From positions 1 to 64,000 of the forward strand of contig CP142734.1 of assembly GCA_036630325.1 (NCBI GenBank): a stretch of 64,000 nt of DNA. Reading direction: 5' to 3'. The position numbers and the translations under genes are program-made. The stretch comes from Vairimorpha necatrix (lineage: Eukaryota). Numbering within the stretch: the first letter of the stretch is position 1; the number at the start of each line of letters is the position of its first letter. Under the pieces are notes generated by a model. That model was not told where the DNA came from. It saw only the letters and a list, made by a program, of their open reading frames with translations, and did not search any database. Of this stretch, positions 1 to 12,207 are shown in pieces.

Positions 1-2572
1 ACCTACCTACCTACCTACCTACCTACCTACCTAACCTACCTACCTACCTACCTAACCTACCTAACCTACCTACCTAACCTAACCTACCTACCTACCTAAC
101 CTACCTAACCTACCTAACCTACCTACCTACCTACCTAACCTAACCTAACCTACCTACCTACCTACCTACCTAACCTACCTAACCTAACCTAACCTACCTA
201 ACCTACCTAACCTACCTACCTAACCTACCTAACCTACCTAACCTAACCTACCTAACCTACCTAACCTACCTAACCTAACCTACCTAACCTAACCTACCTA
301 CCTACCTAACCTACCTAACCTACCTAACCTAACCTAACCTAACCTACCTAACCTAACCTACCTACCTAACCTACCTAACCTACCTAACCTACCTACCTAA
401 CCTACCTAACCTAACCTACCTAACCTAACCTACCTAACCTACCTACCTAACCTACCTACCTAACCTACCTAACCTACCTACCTACCTACCTACCTACCTA
501 ACCTAACCTACCTAACCTAACCTACCTAACCTAACCTAACCTACCTAACCTAACCTACCTACCTACCTACCTAACCTACCTAACCTACCTAACCTACCTA
601 ACCTAACCTAACCTACCTACCACCTACCTACCTAACCTACCTAACCTACCTACCTACCTAACCTACCTACCTAACCTACCTAACCTACCTACCTAACCTA
701 CCTAACCTACCTAACCTAACCTAACCTAACCTAACCTACCTACCTAACCTACCTAACCTACCTAACCTACCTACCTAACCTAACCTACCTAACCTAACCT
801 AACCTAACCTACCTACCTAACCTACCTACCTACCTAACCTACCTACCTAACCTAACCTAACCTAACCTACCTAACCTAACCTACCTAACCTACCTAACCT
901 AACCTAACCTACCTACCTAACCTACCTAACCTACCTACCTAACCTACCTAACCTAACCTAACCTAACCTAACCTAACCTACCTAACCTAACCTACCTAAC
1001 CTACCTAACCTAACCTACCTAACCTACCTAACCTAACCTAACCTACTACCTAACCTATAACCTACCTACCTAACCTACCTACCTACCTAACCTAACCTAC
1101 TACCTAACCTACCTAACCTACCTAACCTACCACCTACCTAACCTACTACCTACCTACCTACCTAACCTAACCTACCTACCTAACCTACCTAACCTAACCT
1201 ACCTAACCTACCTAACCTACCTAACCTACCTAACCTAACCTAACCTACCTAACCTACCTAACCTAACCACCTACCTAACCTACCTAACCTACCTAACCTA
1301 AACCCTAACCTACCTACCTACCTAACCTACCTACCTAACCTACCTAACCTACCTACCTAACCTAACCTAACCTACTAACCTACCTAAACCTACCTAACCT
1401 ACCTACCTAACCTACCTACCTACCTACCTAACCTACCTACCTAACCTACCTAACCTACTAACCTAAACCTACTAACCTACCCTACCTACCTACCTACCTA
1501 ACCTAACCTACCTAACCTACCTAACTACCTACCTAACCTAAACACCTACCTAACCTAACCTAACCTAACCTACCTACCTAACCTACCTAACCTACCTACC
1601 TAACCTACCTACCTAAACCTAACCTCTAACCTACCTAACCTACCTACCTACCATACCTACCTAACCTACTACCTAACCTAACCTAACCTAACCTACCTAA
1701 ACCTAAACCTACCTAACCTACTAACTAACCTACCTAACCTACCTACCTACCTAACCTACCTACCTAACCTAACCTACTACCTAACCTAACCTAACCTACT
1801 AACCTACTACCTACCCTACCTACCCTACCTACCCTACCTAACCACCTAACCTACCTACCCTACCTACCTACCTACCCCACCCTACCCTACCTACCTACCC
1901 TACCTAACCTAACCTAAACCACCACCACCTACCTACCTACCCTACCTAACCACCACCTAACCCTACCTAACCCTACCTAACCTACCCACCTACCCTACCC
2001 TACCTACCACCCTACCTAACCTACCTACCTAACCTAACCTAACCTACCTACCCTACCCTACCTAACCTACCTACCTACCCTACCTAACCTACCTACCCTA
2101 CCTACCTAACCCTACCTAACCCTACCTACCCTACCTAACCTAACCTAACCTACCTAACCTAACCTAACCTAACCTACCTACCTAACCTACCTAACCTAAC
2201 CTAACCTAACCTACCCTACCTAACCTACCTAACCACCTACCTAACCTAACCACCTACCTACCTAACCTACCTACCTACCTACCTAACCTACCTAACCTAA
2301 CCTACCTAACCACCTACCTAACCTAACCACCTACCTACCTAACCTACCTACCTACCTACCTAACCTACCTAACCTAACCTACCTAACCTACCTACCTAAC
2401 CTACCTACCTAACCTACCTACCTAACCTACCTACCCCACCCTACCTACCTAACCACCTACCTAACCTACCTACCTAACCTACCTACCCCACCCTACCTAC
2501 CTAACCACCTACCTACCCTAACCACCACACCCCCCACCCACCTACCTACCTAACCTACCTAACCTACCTAAC
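1..2572 (-). repeat. Telomeric array of mixed TAGG/TTAGG units (CCTA/CCTAA on the + strand)
   Basis: The C-rich strand runs from base 1 as irregular CCTA and CCTAA units. Variant units (CCCTA, CCA, CTA, CCTAAA) accumulate after ~1040. Abrupt junction at ...cctaa|cacgtcagc. Confidence 0.97.
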
Positions 2573-2799
2573 ACGTCAGCTTTTAGCCCTCAAACCTTCC
2601 TGAATCTTTTTTTTAAAAAAAAAATTCAGTTACATCAATATGTAACTAAAATAAATAAAAAATGAAAATTTTTAGATAAATTTTAACTAAATATCTATTA
2701 ATTCAAGTATTTTTTTTTCAGATTAATGATTATATGTTATACATTTATTTAATAGGAAAGTTCAACCCTAACATCCCCCTCCAAACGGGTAGTTCTACG

Positions 2800-5150
2800 T
2801 TACAAGCTTCTAATTTATCATTTTTATAATCTTTTAGGTCATAATGTCGTTTCTTAAGGTATTTTCAGCTATCAGTCCTTACAATATAAAAATCATTCTC
2901 ACACTTTCCCATCATTTTACCAACACTTGTAAAACTTCCTTTCATACATTTCATCTGTTTACCCAAGTTTTTTATCTTGCGATTCTCACAGCCTGATCTA
3001 CTTCAAATTTTATCTCTTTCCTTTGTTTAAAATTACTTGCATACACACCCTTTTTAACGTTTTCAATAAAGACTTCTTTTCCTTGTTCTTTACATGCTTC
3101 CATTGGTGTACATTTTATCGCTGTGTGTAAAATGTTATAATAGGTTCTTAGCTTGTTCTAGTTTTTACTCTGGGTTTCCTTCTTTTTATTTAATCAATGA
3201 TTCCCTTATTGTTCAAATACATCGTTCAATTTTCCATTGCTCTTATGAGCTTCTAAACCTACTTTCCATTGCATAATTCCGTTTTCTTTACACCAAGTTA
3301 CAAACTTCTCACTGAGAAATTTCTTACCGTTATCCGAAATATTCATCTGGGCATCCATCTTCATTTATCAAATATCCTAAAATTTTCGTATTAACATCAC
3401 TTCCTCTATTTTCCATTTTTGCGCCCTATACTTTTCTTCTAAGTAGTCAATCCCTAATAGCAGGTATTTTTTGTTTTCCTCGATAACAATTACGTGTAAA
3501 GCTACTTTTTCTAATTTCTTAAATATAGTTACAAAATTGCAACCTCCAGTCGTTTTTCTGTTATTAATGCACTATATTCCACAATTTTTTAGCGTTGTGG
3601 ATATCTGGTCAAATAGCTGGTCAGTACAATCTTTGTTTTTCCTTATAATAAGGTCTTTTTCACTTCACGATGATTTAATTCCTCATGAACTCTGCGAATT
3701 TCTGTTCTCATTTATTTTTTTGTGTTGTATTTAATAATTTCTATTGTTGAGAACTTCCAATAGTTTTTGCCTTCTCTTTTAACCATGCGCTTTTTTTCTT
3801 TCCATTTAATTTGTTTTTGGTGCGTTTATCTCTTTCGCCTTTTCAATTACTTCGTTATTTTTAAATTGTCTACTAAGAGCATCCACATACATCATCAATT
3901 CTGTTTTTACATATTCAATAGTAAAATCGAACTCTTGTATATATTCTATCCATCTCTTAATTATGTAATTATTAAAAAACGGTTTGTTTCTAATCTCGGC
4001 CATTCCTTTATGATTTGTCATTTATTGAAATTTTCTTCCCCCAAATCTGACTCGAATTTCTTTATTTCAAATAACACTGCCAACATCTCTTTTTCACTAA
4101 TCGTATACTTTTTAGCTGTTGGTGTTAGCATTTTTGATGCCCATTGTATCAGAATCTACCTATCTTCCTTGTCTTCTTGCAGAAGTATAACTCCAATTCC
4201 CTTATCGCATGCACACGTTCTTACTCTAAATATTTTTTTATCTATCTTCTATTTTTAATTTTTTCACATCCTTTAAATCCTCTTTGATATCCATAAAAGC
4301 TCTTTCCATATCTTGGGACCATTTTCATTTACTATCTTTTTTTAGTGCTCTTGTAAGAAGCGCTGACCGATAAGCATAATGATGAATAAAATCTCTTAAC
4401 CGGCCTGCCCGCTCCTCAACTCTTCTAAGATCTTTTATGTTGTTAGGCTTTCTGTATTCTAATGTCTACTCCTATATATTTTTTCGGTTTAATGTCTTCT
4501 CAGTTAATTGTTACTCCAAGTAGTTTTTCTTCTCCTAATTTATATTGTATCTTTCTTGAGTTTACTTTTAATCCACATTCATTAAATTTTCGAATTACTT
4601 GTTTTAAAAAATTTTCTTGTATATTACTATCTCATGCATAAATAATAAAATCCATGTACACCTCAACACTCTTGCCTCTAAACTTATCTAAAACTCCGTT
4701 CATCACTCTTTGCATAATATGGGGAGCATTTTTTAATCCCTTTACCATGCCATTCCATTCGTAAACTCTACCATTTATCTTAAAAGCTGTCTTATGTTTG
4801 TAAGCTCTCTCAATTTCTATATGATAGAATCTTTCCTTTAGGTCTATAACCATAAATACTTTAGAACCTTGCGTTGCTTTAATATGTCTCTAATCAATGG
4901 CAAATCATACGGATCTTTTTATTCCAGTTCATTATAAGCCATCAAATTGCTTCTCAATTGTACTTTACCATTTGGTTTTTCTATGGGCTTTATTAGGCTT
5001 TTCCATTTGCTCTTTGTCTTTCTGATAATACCTCTACTTTCTAATAAATTAATATACTTTTCTGCCTTTTCTCGGAGTTTATAAGGAATATTTTGTTTCT
5101 TTTGCACTACTTTTACTCATTGTTTTGTTTTAAAAGAACATTTTATCCCT
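2800..5150 (-). pseudogene. pol remnant (RT, RNase H, integrase), frameshifted
   Basis: IPYKLRE..LLESRGIIRKTKSKWKS; IDLKERFYHI..KTAF..YEWNGMVKGLKNAP..VYMD (RT); KYTISEKEMLAV and RWIEYIQEFDFTIEY..DALSR (RNase H); YLLLGIDY, SDNGKKF, HKSNGKIER (integrase). Confidence 0.9.
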
Positions 5151-5399
5151 GTTAAGTATTTTCTTTTCCCTCTGTCTTTTCACAATACCTCGAAAATTTT
5201 CCTTCTAATTCTTCATATTTATTAATATTTTTTCTTCTTTTATCTTGGTTTGTATTTTTTACATAAAAACTGTTTCTTGAGTTCTCTCTTTTTACCTCCA
5301 CTGGTAGTCTCAATTTAAAATCATTTCATTTTTAATATTTTCATTTTACTTTTCCACAAATGCCAAAATATTTAACACTTTTATTTTCATTATTCTCTT

Positions 5400-5867
5400 C
5401 CTGTCTTCCTTTACGCTCCATACAACCTCTAGCTATATGTATAATTCTCCCACATATAAACCAATGTTTTTCTTCTCGTCTTTGATATTGAAAGTATCTT
5501 CCTGACACTGCTACAGTCCTAGTCAGTTATCCTTTCATCTTCTTTTTAATTTTTCCTTCATACCCTCTACCATATCTTCTAGTTCTCTACTCCTTATTTT
5601 TTCCTTGTTCTTATTCTCTTCCTCTTCAATAACTAATTTATCAATTTCATCAATAATATTATTCCAATTAATCATAATGATTAAATTTTTATCAATAATA
5701 AAATCCTGAAGCTCAGAATTTACTTGTTTTATCGACTGCTTCGTTGTCTCATCTTTTTCTTTCTGCATTCTGATGATTGCTTCTACTCTCTGAGTTTCTT
5801 TTAGTAATTTTATCTTCTCTTAAACACAGGTCTCACTTGTTACCCTTTCGTCTTTTGTGTTTGCCAT
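5400..5867 (-). pseudogene. gag remnant with decayed CCHC zinc knuckle
   Basis: ATG overlaps the LTR end (MANTKDER...), then a charged helical ORF at 5535-5768 and WFICGRIIHIARGC (decayed Cx2Cx4Hx4C) at ~5420-5462. Confidence 0.7.
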
Positions 5868-8800
5868 GTTATACATTTATTTAATAAAAGGTTCAACTTT
5901 AACATTATAATTAAAACACAAAGTATTTTTGGTGTAATTTTGCGAATAAATTTATGTAATAATATATTGTAAAAGTATGAAATTACTTCTTTAATTTGTA
6001 ATATATTTCATTGTAAAAAAAAGTCATTTTTGTGTTTTAACATATTTCTTACTGGAAATATTCGTATTATACTAAAAAAAAATATTTTAGGGAATTATAC
6101 AAATAACTTAAATCTCGAATGCTGTATTAACGCATATATACAGACACAAAAGCTTATACTCTTTAGGAAAGCTTATGATAATCACTTTGAATAAAAAAAT
6201 TTGATCATTATTGATAGAAAGTAAAAGGACGTAACAATTTGTTAACATTAAGGAAAGATTCCAGTGTTTGTTTGAAAATACAATACTTATAACTAATTAC
6301 ATTTGTATATTTCAGTATAAAATTATGTTATATTAAAATAGATCAATAGAAGTACTTAAGATTTATCAGATTAATATGATTTAATTAATTTTTATAAAAT
6401 AAAATATTTTCGCAAAAATTTGTTCTTTTGAATTTTTTATGAATATTTATATCTACTTGGCTGCTGCATAGGATGAGGCTTCTTCTAATGTACAATTCTA
6501 TTTATCTATGTATTTGAACTGTCCAAAAAGTCTTTTAATATTACAAATGTTATTGTGTTTATTATTTATGTTCTCTTTGGGATTAATTTTTTTATGGTAG
6601 AAAATATAATATTTTAAAAAAAAGAGGGAGTGAAGTTATTGGATAATTGAAAAATACATCCTATAAAAAATATATTTGATATGTGATCATAATGCCCAGG
6701 ATATGTTTTGTTTGTACTTATAAATTTTCTTTTATAACCGTAAGATTTACTTCATGCTTGATCTTCATATAATTTCAATTATGAAGAGAACTAGTTTGAT
6801 ATATTTTATAACCAGTTAAAATTGTTAAATTTTTGCGTAAAAAATTGCGAATAGTTTAAAAGTAACCTATTATTATCTATAAAAATGTTTTACATAATGT
6901 GTTATGTTAAAATGTTATTTTTTATGAATAAAAGTATTCATGTATTATTAAAAAATTTTAATTTTTTTATTAAATCATTAGATTGATTTCATTCTTTAAA
7001 AATCAAAATGTTTATTCCAAAAAAATTCATAAAGATTTTTTTGTTTTCATATTTGGAATTTAATTTATCAATATATTATTATATTTTTTTAATCAATTAA
7101 TATTTAAATTAAATTAAATTTTATAATTATTAGAATTCGTCTACTGCATCTATATTTATAATGTAATCGGGGTAATGCATTAAAATATTTTCTGTCATTT
7201 TTAAAGATAAGATTTGTTTTTTAATTTATATGTTCTTACATTAAATTTTTCTTAAATTTATATAAATATCTATTAATTAGTTGCATTGGGGTTTGTTTAT
7301 ACTTTTTATTAACCCTTCAAGCTCTTATTGATTTATATTTTTTTAATTCTTCGGTTAGTGTAAAATATTTGTTAATAAATTTACCAATTCTGTATTTGTT
7401 TTGTTTTAATTTTATCATAATTATAGTATTAATAATAAATACGTGGAATATATGATGTTTACTAGAAAAATTCAAATGAAGAAATACGAAATTTATTTCC
7501 AGCCTACTTTTGTGTATAAATTTACAATTTGTATAAATGTTGATTATCTTATCATTTGAAATGTATTTAATATGTTTTCTGACCATTATTAGATTTATTT
7601 CTTAATTATTTATCATTATTTTCATTGAAATAATTTTTTGTTTTGATATTTTATAATTTTTTTACAGTCTATAACCAAAAATTTCAAAATACTGTTGTAA
7701 TAAATGATAACAGAATGAAATGTCGTTTGTTGTGTTCCTCTATATATGTTTATATTTTATTTTCGTCGTATGTCTTTATGTTTCTTTGAGACTTTAAATT
7801 TTTATTTATGAATTTTCTTGATATTATTTGGTTTATATAAGCTACATTTTTATAATAATTTTAAAAACTTAAGTTAAGCATAAAAAAATGAGTTTTTAGA
7901 TATAAAGAACTTTTTAATGCTTCCTTGCGATAAATAGTATTTAATGTTTTACCATAAGAATAATTTAAATCATTTTTAAAACTTTATGAAATAATGATTG
8001 TAATTTAATATTTTTAATCTACAATTTTCTAAAACCCTCCGTGATATGGTTTCTTTTGAAATACAAATATATAAAAATTTTTAATAGATTATTTTTAGTA
8101 TTTTTATAAATTTTTCGTTATTGAATCATATGTTTCTCGTGTAGGTTGTATATATCATCATGTTTAATATCTAGGTGTAATATATTGCATTTTAAATTTT
8201 CGATTGATACATTATTTTTAAAAAAAGATAAAGTCGTTATATGTTCTAAAACTATTACTTATACTAATCAGTCGTATGTGTATTATTATGAGCGAAATTT
8301 GAAAATATAAAATTATATTTAATGATCAAAAAATATTATTTTCGTTATAGTGGTTGAGACTTCGCGCTTCAAAAGTCGTAAAAATTTAATTGTATAAAAA
8401 TTTTCTTCTTTTCACTTATCTAGAATTTTTTTTAACGTTTAGTTTGAATATTTTTTATAACTATTCTAGATATTAACATTAATTTTCAAAACGAGTTTTA
8501 GTCCAATACGTTTTTTTTTAAAAAAAGTTATCCTACTACTTTAAATATATTTTTTTTTAATTATTTTTGTAATATTAACCTCAAATATCATTATTGAAAT
8601 TGCATTTCGAAATATATTAGTTTTTTCAAAGATTTTTATTGGCATTATTTTATTTTACTTGTAGGTCAATCTTTGTGTATTAAAAATTTATATTGAAGTA
8701 TAACTTTTCTTGACCTTTTCATACTTAGAATTAATCTAACGCATTTTATTGAACTATACAATATATAATATCAAAATTAAATTTCAATTTTTCTTCAAAA

Positions 8801-11800
8801 ATATTGACTATAACAGTTATATAAAATTTTTGATTCAAAAAATTTAAATATCTGATAATTATAAGACAAAGAACAAAATTTTTTATTTTATAAGAGGAAT
8901 TTTTAAGTTTTTCTTTTAACTAATAATATTTCATTTTTATGCTAAATAATATAAATTTTTTGTTTTTATTTAAATATGTGTAAATGAATTCTTATATATT
9001 CTAAAAATTTAATTTCTTAAGAATACTTGTAAATTTCTCAAACTAACGATATATAAATATTATTTAGGTGTTTTTTCTAAGATTCTTATTTGTTTTCCCG
9101 AAGTATTATCATATTGTTAATATTTAATATATGCAATTCAAACTTTTCGAATTTTTTTATTTTTTTGTAAATAATCTTGAAAACGTCCAGGTGAAATATT
9201 ATATAGTATTATAGTTAAGAAATACTTATTCTAAATTAACGTGTTTTTATAAGTTTTTTAATTTAAATTAAGCAAGTGTTAATCATTTTATATTATGTTA
9301 TTACTCTTTATCTTACTTTAAATTATTTTCTGCTTAAATATATAAATATTGAAAATTATATTCCGTTAGCGTGTAACTATGGCATAAAAGATTTTTTAAT
9401 AAATATAGCATTTCATAATTAATTTTTTTTTTGTATTAAATGTATTGGATTTATATGCATTTCTATTCTACTCCCCTCATTATTTTTGTTTTATTTTTTT
9501 GAGATATGCGACGCCTTTTTCAAAATCTCGAACCCATTTTACGTCAACCTTATATTAAATTGTATGAGCTATTGTTTTTATTTAATTATTCATAATTGAA
9601 AATAAACTTATTATTTCTTATTATATTATAATATGGAAAATATATTTAAGTAGGGGTTCCCTAGGATTTTTAAAATCAATTACATAAATGTCGTTTCTAA
9701 GTAAAATTCTTTTTACTGTTGCTGAACGATTTTACAATGAATAGGTTTTATTTTATATTGTTAATTTAAATAATTTTCATCAATTCTTCTAATTATAATT
9801 AAATAAATGATTTTCTAATGATTATATAATTTTACGATAATTGTTGATTGAATTTTAAATTTTTTTTTCTTTCGTCAAAAAACTCTTTTTATAATATTTC
9901 GATCTTCATACCTAAATTTTTATCTAATTATTATATAAAAATATTATACTTAACGGATTTATAAAGTATTATATATAACAAAAGAGCGATTATCAAATAT
10001 TTAACCGAGAGAATTTTGAATTGATTTGTTCTTATTTATTTGAAATTAATAATAAAATAATATATTTTTATAATTATAATACTAGTATTGATGATTTTAC
10101 TTTTTAGAATTTTTTGGTCATAATTTCAAATTTTGTGTGGTCAATATGATTGTAAACAACAAATTAATATTTGTGACATTTGTTTTTTACCAACTTCGAT
10201 TCCAAAAGTCTACAATGTTTCATAACTGAAACTTCTTTAGAATTCTATAAATCAAAAAATGTAATATACGAGGTTAATCAAAATTCGTTTAAAATTTTTA
10301 TATAATATTTGTTTTCGTTTTTTACCATTAGTAATTATTATACTTAATAACGTGTACATATTTATCAAATATAAATATTATATAGTTGATTTTTCAGTAT
10401 AATTTTCATTTACAAAATCGTCTGATATGTTTCAGATAATTAAAAAACTAATCTATTTGTTTTAATTGTACTTAAATAATACTATATGCAATATTGGGAT
10501 TTATTTTTGTTTATCTTGGCGTAGATTTTAATATAAAAGAAAATTACATTTCAATTAATATCTTGATCGTATATCTTTAGTTTGAATTCTTATGTATTTA
10601 TCTTGCAAAGCAATATGTATGAATCATATGTTTATCTTTATAATCCCTCTACTATCTAGTTATAATAAATTTTTATTATTTGTATCCCTTCTAAAACAGT
10701 GCTATTTTTGATCGTAAGTAATTCCATTCTTTTGTTGTACTTATACCAAATGAAAAAAGGAAAAAACAAATTTAAATTATCTTGTTATTGCCTATGTTGT
10801 AAATTTAGATAGATTGTAGAGTTCGTTTAAATTTTAAAAGATATTTTTTCTTTCAACCAATATGCTCGTTCTTATTTTTTCTTTATTTTCTGTTTTTCAT
10901 AGATAAAACTTTGCTACTTTTAAGTAAGAAGGCTAAAAATATTTCGCTATTAATAACTTTATGATTGTGTACTTGCTTCATAAATATTCTTTGCCCTTCA
11001 TATACAAACTTCTTATTAAAATTCTATTTTTATTGTAATTATTTTTTAGCCACGTAAGTTATAGGTTAATTATTTTGCATGGATAAACATATTGAATTTT
11101 TTGTTTTTTGTTGTATTATTGGTGTGTTGAAACGTGGTTGGTGAATATTTGAATGTAAACTCTGACAAATGTTCTTATGATGTAATCGTTAATACACACT
11201 TTCATGAACCTTTGTGTTTAGTTTATCAAGTTTTCGTTTTTTAACATTTATTTAAATGCTATAATGCATATACATAAATTATTTTAAATAGATTTATAAT
11301 CTTATTTCTTGTATATAAATATGTCCTAATTCTTTCAACAAATATATTGTTAGACTAAATTATATGTCTTAAATGATTGTTATATAGTGTCAGACATTTC
11401 TTGTAATTAAATCACTCAATGATTGTGTTTTAATTTCTTTTTGAAAGAATCTAATTTACTTGTTTTGAAAAATATGTTTTTACCTTGCAAAAAGAAGTAA
11501 ATATTGCGTTTAATTAACGTATTTGTCCAAAGCCGAATTAATATGTTTAACTTTACTTCAATTTTTTATTTTTATGTCGATTCTGCACATAATGCGTTTC
11601 ATAATTATTTTATATACAGCAAATTATATACTTACGTACTCATATGAAAAGACAAATAAATCTAAATTTCTTAAAATATTAATTATACAGATACATACGT
11701 TGGCAACCTCTAAAAAAATGTACTAAATAGTGCAAGAAATAATTTTCAAAATAACAATATTAATATTTTCTTCAGATGTGTGAGGCTGCAGACCTGCACT

Positions 11801-12207
11801 GACGAATCTTGTTTATAATTATACAATGATTATTGGTACTGTCAAACGTCTAAGAGTATTGTAAATAAACATTAGACATGTTTGACATTCACAAACTAAA
11901 AGTAAGACAAGTGCATGTCACATGAAGTACTACTAATTCAGTAGAACTTCGGTTTCATGTTTGTTTGATTACATCTCAAAGAGTTTGACAGTTAATCTGA
12001 TTGACTATTTAAACGGAATTTACCCCTGACCTACAATTCCGATGAGCAGCAAAACAAACAAATAATATAAATCAATATGTAAATTTAGACTCATCACTTC
12101 AACTTCGGATCAGGCTTCATGCCGGATATAAGATGTGTAGATACTCCCTAAAGAAAAAAAAATTATTAATTTGTCATATATTTATTTCTTGTTTTTATGT
12201 TTAATTC

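Larger units (their letters stand above)
2735..5904 (-). mobile_element. Decayed Ty3/gypsy LTR retrotransposon with 38/39-bp LTRs
   Basis: Direct repeats TGTTATACATTTATTTAATA..GTTCAAC..TAACA at 2735-2773 and 5867-5904, TSD TTATA on both sides, PPT GGAGGGGGA next to the 3' LTR, TGG next to the 5' LTR. Minus-strand order gag/zinc knuckle-RT-RNase H-integrase. Confidence 0.92.

Noticed and set aside
11838-11992. Short inverted repeat ACTGTCAAAC/GTTTGACAGT (similar weak ones at ~54670-54900 and ~45715-45910)
   Set aside because: Possible MITE relics, but ends and TSDs could not be defined.
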